From Bdellovibrionales bacterium (GTDB lineage Bacteria > Bdellovibrionota > Bdellovibrionia > Bdellovibrionales > UBA1609), in NCBI GenBank assembly GCA_965219095.1, contig CBDCMT010000001.1, forward strand, positions 2,304,001 to 2,368,000: a DNA stretch of 64,000 nt. Direction: 5' to 3'. The position numbers were made by a program, and so were the translations under genes. Shown here in pieces: positions 39,828 through 50,784 of the stretch. How positions within the stretch are numbered: position 1 is the first letter of the stretch; every line of letters begins with the position of its first letter. Below the pieces are notes generated by a model. The model had not been told where the DNA came from. It worked only from the letters and a program-made list of their open reading frames with translations, and did no database searches.

Positions 39828-40073
39828 TTGAAAGCAAAAAAAGAGGGTGTAGTTTTTGACTACAAAGAGCCTGTTATTCTCAGTCGTTATTTGGATCTTG
39901 GTAGAATTCTTCCTGCTCGACTAAGTAAATTAACTCATAAGCAGCAAAGAAAGTTGTCTTCAGCGATTAAAAAAGCTCGTAATTTAGCACTTCTTCCTAA
40001 TGGGATGCAGGTGGCTAGTGATTTTGGCCGTAGAGCTAAGCCTATTTCCCCTGTTCCTTTTGAATTTGAGTAA
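39828..40073 (+). CDS. rpsR: 30S ribosomal protein S18
   Basis: FDYK...GRILPAR...QQRKLSSAIKKARNLALLP; AGGAGG before the TTG start. Confidence 0.92.
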   Translation: MKAKKEGVVFDYKEPVILSRYLDLGRILPARLSKLTHKQQRKLSSAIKKARNLALLPNGMQVASDFGRRAKPISPVPFEFE

Positions 40074-40215
40074 AGGTAAAAAAACTGCGATAGTTGTTGA
40101 CTTAATCTGAAACGTCTCGGAATGTCAAAGAGATGAAAAAAGGTTACCCTTTCTGGGTTAATAAAAAACTGTCTGTCAGCTTGCGTCCTGTTCAATCATC
40201 TTTTGAGAATTAAAT

Positions 40216-41883
40216 TTACGGTACAGGGTCTTTGTTTTCATGATCTTCGTAAGAAGATTCCTCGTCATCGTAACTTTTTCTTTTAGGATAAACATGATGG
40301 CAAGCTAAACTAGAGATTCTTCCATACTCTGTAAGAATATCCATATAAATAGAACTTGTGTTCACAGTCTCTTTTTGTCCTTCTATAAAGCGAACTAAGT
40401 GGTTTTCTCTTGCTTTTTTTTCTTGTTTTCTTATATGCTTTTTTTTATCAAGAATCTCTATTTTTAATTTCTCAGAAGGCTGTTGAAAATAAGTCAGAGA
40501 CAGTTGTATAAGAATACAAATTTCCTCATGAATTCTAAACAAGTCAGACTGTCCTTCTTTACTAAACTGAACCTTTAATGTATGTTTTTTTCTGCATAAC
40601 CTAGAGATATTCTTATCAATCACATCCGCAATGCTCTCTAAATCACTAGCAAAAAGCAAAACACGAGTCATATCATCAGTTAAACGACCTTCTTTACTAA
40701 AATCGGCTAAGAAGTTATAAACAGCCCCATACAAAAAATCCACCTTGTTATCTTTATCATGTAAATTTTCCTCATAAGATTCGTCATCATCCATAACAAA
40801 ATTAATAGAGTGCCTTACCATATCCCCTACAGTATCCCCCATTCTTAAAACTTCTCTCTCAGCATGAGCTAAGGCTACAAAAGGTGAACTGATATTTCCT
40901 TTGTAGAGATACTTAGGACGTATTTTCCTTTCCTTATAGGAAGGTTGTACAATTTTTTTTATAAGTTTGACACCCACACTTAAAAAAGGAAACAACAAAA
41001 CTGCTGATAAAAAATTAAAAGCCATATTTGCATAAGCTACATAATGACCAGAACGTGAAGGAATGTTTCCAAACAAGTCTACAAAGTAACCTGTAAAGCT
41101 TAAAAAGATTAAAACACTTACTGTTTTGTAAAGCAAATGAGCCCAAGCTACTTGCCTTCCTACAACGTTACTTCCTACAGAAGAAATGAGAGCTGTAGAT
41201 GTGGTCCCTATATTAGCCCCATAAATCCAAAATACAGCTTCATAAAGTGTAATTAAATCTGAAGACATTAAGCTGACAGCAAATAAAATCACCATAGCAC
41301 TACTATGAACTAAAATTGTCAAAGCACAGGAAATAAGAACAGTTAAAAGGGGGCTTTCTTTTAAAACAGAGAGAGTTTGTTCAAAAAAAACCACATCCTT
41401 CATAGCCTCTGTGCTTAAACTGACAAACTCTAAACCCCAGTACATAAGACCAACTCCCATAACAACAGCAAAAATTTTCTTTAAAATCTGTTGACTTGAG
41501 AAAAAATAAACAAAGAAACCTAAACAAAATATACTTAAACCCCATTGTTGAATGTTAAAAGTTAGTATTTGCACGATCAAACTACTGCCCACAGCCGTCC
41601 CTATAACTACACCCATCACTCGCTTTAAACTAATCACACCTGCAGAACCTAGGCCTACTAAAACAGATGTAATAGCTCCTGAACTTTGAAAGATAAAAGT
41701 GATAAGAATTCCTGAAATAAAACTAAAAATAGGTTTGTGTGTAAAGTGAACTAAAAAATCCCTTATAGTATTCGAAGCAAAACTTTGCAAATTATCACTG
41801 ACAAAAGAAATTCCCAATAAAAAAAGAGCTGTCCCTGAAAGAATAAAAATAAAAATAGAATGAGTCTCTAATAAATTTATCAC
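40216..41883 (-). CDS. Na+/phosphate cotransporter with PhoU-like C-terminus
   Basis: QSSGA and HSSA repeats, GANIGTT, DLESIAD. Confidence 0.9.
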   Translation of the reverse strand: MINLLETHSIFIFILSGTALFLLGISFVSDNLQSFASNTIRDFLVHFTHKPIFSFISGILITFIFQSSGAITSVLVGLGSAGVISLKRVMGVVIGTAVGSSLIVQILTFNIQQWGLSIFCLGFFVYFFSSQQILKKIFAVVMGVGLMYWGLEFVSLSTEAMKDVVFFEQTLSVLKESPLLTVLISCALTILVHSSAMVILFAVSLMSSDLITLYEAVFWIYGANIGTTSTALISSVGSNVVGRQVAWAHLLYKTVSVLIFLSFTGYFVDLFGNIPSRSGHYVAYANMAFNFLSAVLLFPFLSVGVKLIKKIVQPSYKERKIRPKYLYKGNISSPFVALAHAEREVLRMGDTVGDMVRHSINFVMDDDESYEENLHDKDNKVDFLYGAVYNFLADFSKEGRLTDDMTRVLLFASDLESIADVIDKNISRLCRKKHTLKVQFSKEGQSDLFRIHEEICILIQLSLTYFQQPSEKLKIEILDKKKHIRKQEKKARENHLVRFIEGQKETVNTSSIYMDILTEYGRISSLACHHVYPKRKSYDDEESSYEDHENKDPVP

Positions 41884-41889
41884 TTTCTC

Positions 41890-42915
41890 CTAAGAAAGAA
41901 TTGAGTATACAAACTCTAAAGGATGAAAGGCACTTAAGTCCTCTATCTTTTCCCCTATACCAATAGCTTTTATAGGAAGTTTATACTCAGACTCTAAGCC
42001 TAATGCAACACCACCTTTTGCGGAACCATCCAGTTTAGTTAAAATCACTCCTGTCAAATCTAAAATTTCATGGAACTTCTGTGTCTGCACTAAAGCATTT
42101 TGTCCTGAATTAGCATCTAGAACTTGTAAAATCTCTTCGGGAGCATTTTTAAAAACTTTTTGAATCACACGTTTTGATTTCTCCAACTCACGTATCAAAG
42201 GCTCTTGGGTATGAAGTCTTCCTGCCGTATCCACAATCACAAGATCATAAGAGATTTTTTTAGCCCTCTGACAGCCGTCAAAAATCACAGCTGAAGGATC
42301 TTTAACTCCCAGAGGATTGAACAGTTCAGCATGAGCTCTCTTAGTCCACACTTCAAGCTGACTTTCTGCTGCGGATCGAAAGCGATCTCCTGCAATCACC
42401 AAAGTTTTCAAGCCTTTCTGACACGCTTGAAACGCTAATTTTCCAATAGTTGTAGTCTTTCCCACTCCATTGACTCCTACAATCATCCAAACAAATGTTG
42501 TAGAGCCTTTCTTAGGAAAAAGTAAATCCCTTTCAGATTTTTGAAAAGCCTCTAACATATAATGCCTTAAAGACTCTTTAAGCTCATTAAAGTTACAAAA
42601 AGGCACTTCAGAGTTTTTAAAACGAAGACTTTCCACAATACGTTCCACTGTTTTAACTCCCAAATCACTTGTATAAAGAATCTCTTCTAATTCATCAAGT
42701 TCTACCGAAGAAAACTTAAAAGAACCTGAAAAAACTTTTTTTACACGTCCAAAAAAATGCTCTCTTGTACAATTCAAAGCTTCCTCTAAAGAATGAGGCT
42801 TTGAATCAAATGTCTTTTCTTTAAAATAAAATCGAAAAAAATAATAGAGGCCACTAGCTAAAAGACCTAACAAAACTAAAACGAGAACAACCAAAAAAAG
42901 TTTCGACTCTATCAT
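41890..42915 (-). CDS. ftsY: SRP receptor FtsY
   Basis: GVNGVGKTTT, DTAGR, TKLDGSAKGG. Confidence 0.96.
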   Translation of the reverse strand: MIESKLFLVVLVLVLLGLLASGLYYFFRFYFKEKTFDSKPHSLEEALNCTREHFFGRVKKVFSGSFKFSSVELDELEEILYTSDLGVKTVERIVESLRFKNSEVPFCNFNELKESLRHYMLEAFQKSERDLLFPKKGSTTFVWMIVGVNGVGKTTTIGKLAFQACQKGLKTLVIAGDRFRSAAESQLEVWTKRAHAELFNPLGVKDPSAVIFDGCQRAKKISYDLVIVDTAGRLHTQEPLIRELEKSKRVIQKVFKNAPEEILQVLDANSGQNALVQTQKFHEILDLTGVILTKLDGSAKGGVALGLESEYKLPIKAIGIGEKIEDLSAFHPLEFVYSILS

Positions 42916-42918
42916 TTT

Positions 42919-45900
42919 TTAAATAGATGCTTCTTGGGAATTTATTTTTTTATTTTGAGAAAATTCTTCAGTCCATTTCTCAGCTGCTTCAAGTTCTACA
43001 GAAACTAATTTGGAAACACCTTTTTCTTCCATGGTTACACCATAAATCTTATCTATCACTTTCATAGTGTATTTATTATGAGTGATAAGGATCACTTGGC
43101 TACGTTTAGCCATTTGTTTTACCAAATCATTAAACCTCATAACATTGACATCATCCAAAGGAGCATCCACTTCATCTAAAAGACAAAAAGGAGAAGGTTT
43201 AATAAGAAAGATGGAGAAAATAAGAGAAATAGCTGTAAGAGCTTTTTCTCCCCCGGAAAGAAGACTAATGTTTTGTAGCTTTTTACCCTCAGGTTGTGCT
43301 TCAATACCAATTCCCGGTTCATGAGGGTTTTCTAGATTCTCAACCAAACAAAGTCTTGCTCTCCCGCCATCGAATAAAATAGGAAAAACCTCTTGGAATT
43401 TTTTGTTAATTTTCTCATAGGACTCTTTAAATCTTCGAGTACAAACTTTATCAATCTCTTCTATAACCTTATTCAATTTATTTTTCGACTCCACAAGATC
43501 CTCATACTGCTTCTCTAAAAACTCATACCTCTCCTTAGTCTCCTCACGCTCTTTAAAAGCCACCAAATTTACCTCTCCTATCTGAGCTAACTGTTTTTTT
43601 AGTTTAATAACCTCTTCAGCAATTTCATTTTGATTATAGTCTTGTGTACAAAGATAAGCTCTTTCAGATAAATTAATAGAGTATTTTTCTTCTGTTTGCT
43701 CTATTAAATGTTGCATCTTCATTTGAGCCTGCTCCTGTCTTAAATTGAATTCATTAAGTTTAGATTGAAAGTGAGACAAACTTTTACCCTCCTCATAAAT
43801 TTCATCTTCTAGAAGACGACACTCTTGGGAGGTTTTTTCATACCTCTCCCTAGCTTGAAAAAAGAGTGTTTCAGCTTTCTTTGCCATACCAATCAATCCA
43901 TCAAGTTTTGACTGAATATTTTTAATGTCTTGATTCCTCATAAAACAAGTCTCTTTGTTTTTCTTTGACTTCGTCTGCAAATCATTCAAACGAAACAAGA
44001 CCTGTTCAAAATCTTTTTTAGATTTAAAAATTTGTGTTTCCAAATGGTTCTTTTTTTCCTCATAAGACATTTTGCGAAGTTCAAGATCATTAAGAGTTTT
44101 CTGATCTGAATGGAGTTTAGCTTTCAATGTTTGACAAGCTAAAACTAGAGATTCCTTCTCCTTTTCAAAAGTGTTTATCGTTTCTTCTATTTGAAATAAA
44201 GATTTGCGGTCCTTTTCGATTTTGTTTAACAAAGAATCAAATTTAGCTTTCTGATCACTCATTTCCGATTCTTCTATAGAGTAGTGCTTCTGCATGTCTA
44301 TTAATGCTTTATCTAACAGTTCCATATCTTTTTTTAATGACACAGTTTCAAGATCATTATCAGACTGCAATTTTTTTAGATTTTCTTTCTCTTGTGCCAA
44401 TTTACGTTCTTCTGCCTTAAGTTTTTTAAACTTTTCGTTCATAAGATTCATATGAGTTTCAAGCCTATTTTTCTCAACTAAAAGTTCTTTGATCTTTCTT
44501 TTTCTTCTCAAAAGCCCGCCCTCATTTTCTTTTTGAAAACCTCCCGTTAAAACTCCACTGGAGTGAAGCTTTTCCCCCTCTAAGGTAACAAAAGTACACT
44601 CAGGACAGGAATCTCTTAGACGAAAGGAATCATCTAATGAAGTAACAACAACAATGTTCCTTAACAAATAGGAAACTTGAGAAAGGGATGTGTTTTTTAC
44701 TTGCTCTGAAAGAAAGGCTACAAATCCAGAATCCCCTCTTAAGGAACGATACCCTTCTTGATCATCTTTTAGTTGTTTCATCATGTCCTGAGACAAAAAA
44801 CTGCAACGCCCTAGCTTTTCTGTCTTCAAATGCTTTAAAGCTTCCAAAGAATCATCCAAAGAATCTGCTAAAAGAATTTGCAGAGCATCGTTCAAAGTAC
44901 ATTCTACTGCTTTTTCAAATTTCTGAGGAACTTCTAAATCTTGTAAAAGAGGAGTGAAGTCTTTTTTATTTTCCATTTTTCCTCCTAAAATGTACCTTGC
45001 ACCTTTTTCAAAGCCCTCAAAAGCCTCTTGAAGACTTTCAAGCCCAAAGAGTTGACCTGAAACTTCATTGTGCTTTTTCTTAAAACCATCTAACTCATTG
45101 ATACTCTCATGCACTTCAGATTCAATTTTTGAAATGTCAACATCATAAACTTTAGAGTCATTTAAAATTTCTAAACGCATTTGTTTTACTTTTTCTAATT
45201 TAGAAATACATTTTTTTTTCTTATAAGACCATGCCTCTCGTTCTTCAAAGTAGCTTTTTAATTTCTCTTCTTTTTCAGAAAGGAAAGCTTTTTTCTCACT
45301 TAAAAGAGCCTCTTGACCTTCAATTTTTGCTTTCAAATGAGAGCGCCTTTCTGTATGAGAAGCTATATCACTTTTAAGTGCTTCTAAACAATCCTCTTTT
45401 TTAGAAACTTCTTTTTCATAAGAAAGGAAGCTTTCTTTTTGTCTACCATAATCTTCTAAAAAAAACTCTTCTCTATGAAGACTTTCTTGTTTTTGAAGAA
45501 GCTGTTTTTTCTCTTCTTCTAACTCCTTTTTTTTCAAATCCTCATCTTGAAAAAAAGACATATTCACTTGTTCATCTCTTTCAGCCTGCTTCATCTCAAA
45601 TTCAAGTTCACGAAGCTCTTTTTCCTTTTGAACAACAGTTTGTCTTAGGGTCTCAAGCTCTTCTTGCTTTGTGTGAAGATCTCTTTCTTTCTCCCCTACT
45701 ACATGCTTTAAAGACTCTACTTTCATTTGCCTTGTGTTGTGTTCTGCTAACTGACCCTCTTCTTTTTCTTTGTAAACATTCCACTCTTTTTGACTTTCTT
45801 CTAATTCTTTCTTCAACTGCAAGAACTTCTGAGAATTAAGCCAAATTTCTTTTTCTTCTAGTTTAGTTTTTATATCTCTATATTTCTCAGCCTTTTGGCT

Positions 45901-46533
45901 TTGTCTTTCCAGACTTGCAAGCTGCCTTTTCTGTTCTGATAAGATATCCTGTAAACGAATTAAATTCTCTTCGGTAGATTTAAGCTTTCTTTCTGATTCC
46001 TTTTTACGCACTCTAAACTTTGTGATCCCTGCAGCCTCTTCAATTAAAACTCTTCTTTCTTCAGGTTTTGCCGTAACTACATAACTAACGGCCCCTTGTT
46101 CAATAATACTAAAACCCTTGGCCCCAGCACCTGTATCCATAAACACTTCATGAATATCTCTTAGAAGAACTGGTTGATTGTTAATCAGATACTCACTCTC
46201 ACCGTTACGATGAAGACGTCTTGTAATCACCATTTCACTTAAGCGAGAATACGCTGCAGGAAAAGGTCCTCCATCATTTTCTAAAAACAAACTTACTTCA
46301 GCAAAACCCGAAGAAGCATAATTTTCTGAACCCATAAAAATGAGATCACTCATAGACTGGCCTCGTAGGTGCTTAGCCGACATCTCTCCCATCACCCATA
46401 AAATAGCATCTACAATGTTGCTTTTTCCACAACCATTAGGCCCTACGACACCTGTAATTGTGGGATGAAAGTAAACAAAAGTCTTATCTTTAAAGGACTT
46501 AAACCCTATAGCCTCTAATTTTTGAACTCTCAT
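42919..46533 (-). CDS. smc: chromosome segregation protein SMC
   Basis: GPNGCGKSN, coiled coils, hinge GxxTGG, LSGGE, LLDEVDAPLD. Confidence 0.97.
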   Translation of the reverse strand: MRVQKLEAIGFKSFKDKTFVYFHPTITGVVGPNGCGKSNIVDAILWVMGEMSAKHLRGQSMSDLIFMGSENYASSGFAEVSLFLENDGGPFPAAYSRLSEMVITRRLHRNGESEYLINNQPVLLRDIHEVFMDTGAGAKGFSIIEQGAVSYVVTAKPEERRVLIEEAAGITKFRVRKKESERKLKSTEENLIRLQDILSEQKRQLASLERQSQKAEKYRDIKTKLEEKEIWLNSQKFLQLKKELEESQKEWNVYKEKEEGQLAEHNTRQMKVESLKHVVGEKERDLHTKQEELETLRQTVVQKEKELRELEFEMKQAERDEQVNMSFFQDEDLKKKELEEEKKQLLQKQESLHREEFFLEDYGRQKESFLSYEKEVSKKEDCLEALKSDIASHTERRSHLKAKIEGQEALLSEKKAFLSEKEEKLKSYFEEREAWSYKKKKCISKLEKVKQMRLEILNDSKVYDVDISKIESEVHESINELDGFKKKHNEVSGQLFGLESLQEAFEGFEKGARYILGGKMENKKDFTPLLQDLEVPQKFEKAVECTLNDALQILLADSLDDSLEALKHLKTEKLGRCSFLSQDMMKQLKDDQEGYRSLRGDSGFVAFLSEQVKNTSLSQVSYLLRNIVVVTSLDDSFRLRDSCPECTFVTLEGEKLHSSGVLTGGFQKENEGGLLRRKRKIKELLVEKNRLETHMNLMNEKFKKLKAEERKLAQEKENLKKLQSDNDLETVSLKKDMELLDKALIDMQKHYSIEESEMSDQKAKFDSLLNKIEKDRKSLFQIEETINTFEKEKESLVLACQTLKAKLHSDQKTLNDLELRKMSYEEKKNHLETQIFKSKKDFEQVLFRLNDLQTKSKKNKETCFMRNQDIKNIQSKLDGLIGMAKKAETLFFQARERYEKTSQECRLLEDEIYEEGKSLSHFQSKLNEFNLRQEQAQMKMQHLIEQTEEKYSINLSERAYLCTQDYNQNEIAEEVIKLKKQLAQIGEVNLVAFKEREETKERYEFLEKQYEDLVESKNKLNKVIEEIDKVCTRRFKESYEKINKKFQEVFPILFDGGRARLCLVENLENPHEPGIGIEAQPEGKKLQNISLLSGGEKALTAISLIFSIFLIKPSPFCLLDEVDAPLDDVNVMRFNDLVKQMAKRSQVILITHNKYTMKVIDKIYGVTMEEKGVSKLVSVELEAAEKWTEEFSQNKKINSQEASI

Positions 46534-46769
46534 TCTCTAACCTCCTTGTAAAGTCAAACCTAGTTCTAAAGTTTAAAGTACAACTTAGGATAAGAAAACC
46601 AACTCACACAGTTTAAACCAATATGGTAAAAAAAGAAATGCTTAAAAAAGCTTCTCTGGCTTCAATTATAGCTATTTTAACGCATAGAGATGTAAATTCC
46701 TTATCTCAAAAGAACAACAGCACCTGAAAATCTCATCAAAATGATAAAAGCACTTAGATGTTATGATCT

Positions 46770-47000
46770 GACAGTTACCTTGAATCCAAACTGACTCCAT
46801 GATCCTTACCGTCTTTTTCCCATTCGACTTTTTTGTAACTCTAGTGGACATACAAAAAGCTTAAACAATTCTAACTGTCTTGTAAAATGGGCTAGGGTCA
46901 CAGGAATCACCAAAAACCCCCTTTTTTCGGCCTCAAATAAAAGCTATGACTAAATAAACTCAAAAAAAGTTTTTATAACATGTGTTGTGTCGAAGCCAGG
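46770..47000 (-). mobile_element. IS1634 left-end remnant
   Basis: End CCTGGCTTCGACACA at 47000; ATG 46851 MSTRVTKKSNGKKTVRIMESVWIQG is homologous to the ORF at 1810. Confidence 0.75.
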
Positions 47001-47014
47001 AAAAGAGTAGTTCA

Positions 47015-47151
47015 AATCAGAGTTATAAAAGAAAGGCGAAGTCCTTTTTATCCAAAAATGCTCGTTATGCTCATACAAGGAAGATACGTTTGGCTAAAAA
47101 GCAACAGAGGAAGCTTCGTACGTTGATCTTTCCCCCAAAAAATCAGTTACA
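47015..47151 (+). pseudogene. IS5-like transposase scrap abutting an IS3-type IR
   Basis: QSYKRK...RYAHTRKIRLAKKQQRKLRT, then TGATCTTTCCCCCAAAAAA. Confidence 0.5.
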
Positions 47152-47327
47152 CAATTTAATTTACAGGCTCAATTTAATTTACAAGCTCCTCTGATTTACA
47201 GGCTCAAAGTTCATGATTTTCTTAGGGATTAAAAAAACTTTCCCCGAATGACATCTAAAAAAATCATAAAAATACTTTTTTACGTTCGACTAACCTAACT
47301 TTTGGCAATTTTTCACGTTCGACTAAC
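47152..47327. repeat. short direct repeats: three ~18-bp units and two 13-bp units
   Basis: CAATTTAATTTACA(G/A)GCT twice plus a degenerate third unit; ACGTTCGACTAAC at 47282 and 47315. Confidence 0.7.
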
Positions 47328-47433
47328 TATGAAATTACATATTTTTTATAGTTACTTACTGCATCAATCTAGGACGCTAAAATGTGTCGTACTGGTATAA
47401 AGTTGGGTGTTTTTTCCTAAAGCCTTAAAAATT

Positions 47434-47738
47434 TCAAATCTCAGGAAAATAGGCTTGAAAATAGTCTTTCCCTGAAGTCAACCCAACACTGCTAAAGTCC
47501 TTCTTCCAGTGATGGACTGTTGAACTGCTGATTCCTGTTTTTTTACAAAATTGAGAAACTTTCATGTTTTCTTTCTTTAAGAAAATTAGAATCTTCTTTT
47601 TAAGCTCTTTGGAGTAATGAACCGACCTCTTGTTCCTACTCCTTTGATGATGGCACTCAATTTTTTCCTTTAACAAATCTAAACCCTCTGACATATGCGA
47701 AATTAAATCTGTATAGGACTGTCAAAAAACCGAGTTAC
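47434..47738 (-). mobile_element. IS66-type left end with TnpA-like HTH ORF (47694-47434)
   Basis: End GTAACTCGGTTTTTTGACAG resembles the MITE IR; HYSKELKK...FCKKTGISSSTVHHWKK. Confidence 0.7.
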
Positions 47739-47753
47739 CTATTTTTAGTATTT

Positions 47754-49736
47754 TTATGTTGTAATAGGATCTGGCTCTCCTAAAGATCCTTTTTTCTTTT
47801 CTAACCTCTTGGTCTGTTTTTTCTTCCTAGATCTAGAGGTTTTTAGTTTTTGCTTTTTATTTTCCTTTTCTCTTTGAGAAGTCAACTTCTCTCTTTCATT
47901 TTCAAGCTCTTCTACTCCAGCACCCTTTGAGACCTTATCGATCTCCTCCCCTGTTAAAGTTTCTAATTTTAAAAGAGCTAAAGAAAGATTGTCTAAAATG
48001 GTTCTTTTTTTTGTCAAAATATCTTTAGCCACTGTATAAGCATCACTTAAAAACTTGTTGACAAGAAGATCAATTTCTTGAGCCTTCGCTTCAGAGTAGG
48101 TCTTCTTTTTTTGCTGTTGAAGACCTAAGAACACAGGTCCATCGTTTTCTTCTAAGGCGATAGGACCTAAATCACTCATACCCCATTCACAAACCATACT
48201 GCGAGCTAAAGAAGTGGCCTTTTTAATGTCATCACTAGCACCTGTTGTATAATCTCCAAAAACAATTTCTTCAGCAGCTCTTCCCCCAAATAAAAAACTT
48301 AATAAATTCACAGCCTTCTTTTTAGATACATTAAGAGTCTCTTTTTCCTGTATTGTTTGTGTGAGACCTAAAGCCATACCCCTAGGAATAATAGTCACTT
48401 TATGAATCGGATCTAAATGCTCCAAACTTTTCCCCACTAAAGTATGTCCTGCCTCATGATAGGCTGTGACTTTGCGATCCTCTTCACTGATGATCATAGA
48501 TTTCCTTTCAGAACCCATAAGAACTTTATCTTTAGCTTTTTCAAAATCATCCATATCCACCTTATGTTTATCAAACCGAGCCGCCATAAGAGCTGCTTCA
48601 TTGACAAGATTAGCTAAATCAGCACCTGAAAAACCAGGAGTTCCTAAAGCCAAAGTTTTTAAATTCACATCCGAAGTTAAGGGGACTTTTTTAACATGCA
48701 CTTTTAAAATTGCTTCCCTTCCTTTTAAATCAGGTTTATTGACAACAACTCTTCTGTCAAATCGTCCTGGTCTTAAAAGTGCAGGATCTAAAACATCAGG
48801 ACGGTTTGTAGCAGCAATAAGAATAACACCTTTAGAACTTTCAAAACCATCCATCTCCACAAGGAGCTGATTTAAAGTTTGCTCTCTTTCATCATGGCCT
48901 CCCCCCATACCAGCTCCTCGGTGTCTTCCGACAGCATCGATTTCATCCATAAAGATGATACAAGGAGCTTGCCTTTTTCCTTGTTCAAACAGATCGCGTA
49001 CACGACTGGCTCCTACGCCTACAAACATCTCTACAAAGTCTGAACCTGAAATCGTTAAAAAAGGAGCATTTGCCTCTCCTGCCACAGCTCTTGCCAAAAG
49101 AGTCTTTCCTGTACCAGGACTACCTACCAATAAAACACCTTTAGGAATTTTACCCCCTAAACGACTAATTTTTTTAGGACTCTTCAAGAACTCTACAATC
49201 TCCTGCAAATCCTCTTTAGCTTCATCCAAGCCCGCTACATCTTTAAAAGACACTTTCTTCTTATCTTGAGGAGAAAAAAGACGTGCTTTACTCTTTCCAA
49301 AACTAAAAGCCTTTCCTCCACCTGCTTGAATTTGACGTATGAAGAAAACAAACATAGCAACAATAATGATTAAAGGAAGCCAGTTAATAAAAATGTTCAT
49401 AAAAATAGAGTTTTCCGAAGTTTTGTACTTAGGTGTCAAACCATATTTTCGAACAAGTTTAAATCCTTCTGTTCCTGTGTTTCCTTTAATAGAGAAATTT
49501 GTAGCCTTGTTATATTGATCAGAAAATTCCTTTTTGATAGTTCCTGTGATCTCCTGTGTTCCTTCATTAAAAGTAACACTTTCTATCTGGTCTTTTTCTA
49601 AAGCCTGTAAAAACTTAGGGTAGTTAAAGTCAGAAATAGTTTGCTTCTTTCTTTTTTCATAAACTTGAAAAATCAAAAAAGCTGAAATAATGATCAGAAG
49701 CCAAAAAGCTAAAGTTTTTTGTGAAGAAGAATTCAT
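47754..49736 (-). CDS. ftsH: ATP-dependent zinc metalloprotease FtsH
   Basis: Two TMs, [24 protein letters not shown]. Confidence 0.98.
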   Translation of the reverse strand: MNSSSQKTLAFWLLIIISAFLIFQVYEKRKKQTISDFNYPKFLQALEKDQIESVTFNEGTQEITGTIKKEFSDQYNKATNFSIKGNTGTEGFKLVRKYGLTPKYKTSENSIFMNIFINWLPLIIIVAMFVFFIRQIQAGGGKAFSFGKSKARLFSPQDKKKVSFKDVAGLDEAKEDLQEIVEFLKSPKKISRLGGKIPKGVLLVGSPGTGKTLLARAVAGEANAPFLTISGSDFVEMFVGVGASRVRDLFEQGKRQAPCIIFMDEIDAVGRHRGAGMGGGHDEREQTLNQLLVEMDGFESSKGVILIAATNRPDVLDPALLRPGRFDRRVVVNKPDLKGREAILKVHVKKVPLTSDVNLKTLALGTPGFSGADLANLVNEAALMAARFDKHKVDMDDFEKAKDKVLMGSERKSMIISEEDRKVTAYHEAGHTLVGKSLEHLDPIHKVTIIPRGMALGLTQTIQEKETLNVSKKKAVNLLSFLFGGRAAEEIVFGDYTTGASDDIKKATSLARSMVCEWGMSDLGPIALEENDGPVFLGLQQQKKKTYSEAKAQEIDLLVNKFLSDAYTVAKDILTKKRTILDNLSLALLKLETLTGEEIDKVSKGAGVEELENEREKLTSQREKENKKQKLKTSRSRKKKQTKRLEKKKGSLGEPDPITT

Positions 49737-49837
49737 AACTTAATTATACCACCTTTCTATTTTCAGAGCAAACTTTAAGAACCTGTCTTTTACGACTCAC
49801 CTCTTATATAAAAGTAAAACATATTCTCTATTCCAAA

Positions 49838-50767
49838 TTAACACAAAACCGCTTGAATGGTTTTAGGTCCTAAAATCCACTTTCTCCCTAACATATAAAA
49901 ATCATCACACTTTTGAGCCTTTGTTTCAAGTCTTTTTAACAGTTCTTCTACATGACTTGCTCCATAATTTTTAAGATTTAAGCTTTTCATATAAGCTATA
50001 AGAAGCCTCTTTTTTTGTCCGTAAGAGAGCTTATAAAAACTTTCTTTTTCAATCCCTTGTTCAAAACAAAAAAAAGGAGTAGAGTAGCTTTCAGATAAAA
50101 TCTCAAAAGACTGGGCTAACCTCTTGACAGAACCTGGTTTATAAGTTTCTAAATCAAAAAGCCATTTATGGCGAATCCAATTGCGAAAGAATTTCAAATC
50201 TTTGTTAGAGGGATCCTCTTTGTAAGGTATGTTTTTTTTCTCTATATAAATTTTAATGTCTTCAAGACTTCTTGAAAGAAAAGGTCTTAAAAGTTTTTCT
50301 TTTAAGACTTTCATAGAACTAAAACCATCGCTTCCTACACCTCTTATCAAACGCAAGAGGCGTGTTTCTAACAAGTCTTGGCTGTGATGTGCTATAACTA
50401 AAAACCCCCTTTCCCTCCACTTGTTAAAGCAAAAATAACGAAAATGTCTTAAATCTTGTTCACTAAAAACCGGAGGAGGAGATAAAGTAAAGGCTCTACT
50501 ATCATAATTAGAAATAAAGGGAATATGAAACTGTTCACAAACCCTCCTAACTAGTTTATAAGATTCCTCTCTGTATTCTTTGTTAGAATGGAAACCATGG
50601 TGTACGAAGGCGACTGAAAAAGAAAACTTCAAAACGCCCTTTAAAGTTTGAAAAACATAAAGCAAAGCCATAGAATCCTTTCCTCCCGATACTCCTAATA
50701 AAAAGGACTCTTTTTCAAGATGATTCTTTTTTAAAAGATCTAAAGTGCGATGTTCTAAGTTCTCCAT
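49838..50767 (-). CDS. tilS: tRNA(Ile)-lysidine synthetase
   Basis: SGGKDS PP-loop, AHHSQDLLET, EDPSN, RNWIRH; lies upstream of ftsH. Confidence 0.93.
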   Translation of the reverse strand: MENLEHRTLDLLKKNHLEKESFLLGVSGGKDSMALLYVFQTLKGVLKFSFSVAFVHHGFHSNKEYREESYKLVRRVCEQFHIPFISNYDSRAFTLSPPPVFSEQDLRHFRYFCFNKWRERGFLVIAHHSQDLLETRLLRLIRGVGSDGFSSMKVLKEKLLRPFLSRSLEDIKIYIEKKNIPYKEDPSNKDLKFFRNWIRHKWLFDLETYKPGSVKRLAQSFEILSESYSTPFFCFEQGIEKESFYKLSYGQKKRLLIAYMKSLNLKNYGASHVEELLKRLETKAQKCDDFYMLGRKWILGPKTIQAVLC

Positions 50768-50784
50768 AATCTCTTTAACAGTGG

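Noticed and set aside
47152..47327. CRISPR array
   Set aside because: The repeats are too short and too few, lack unique spacers of regular length, and no cas genes are present.
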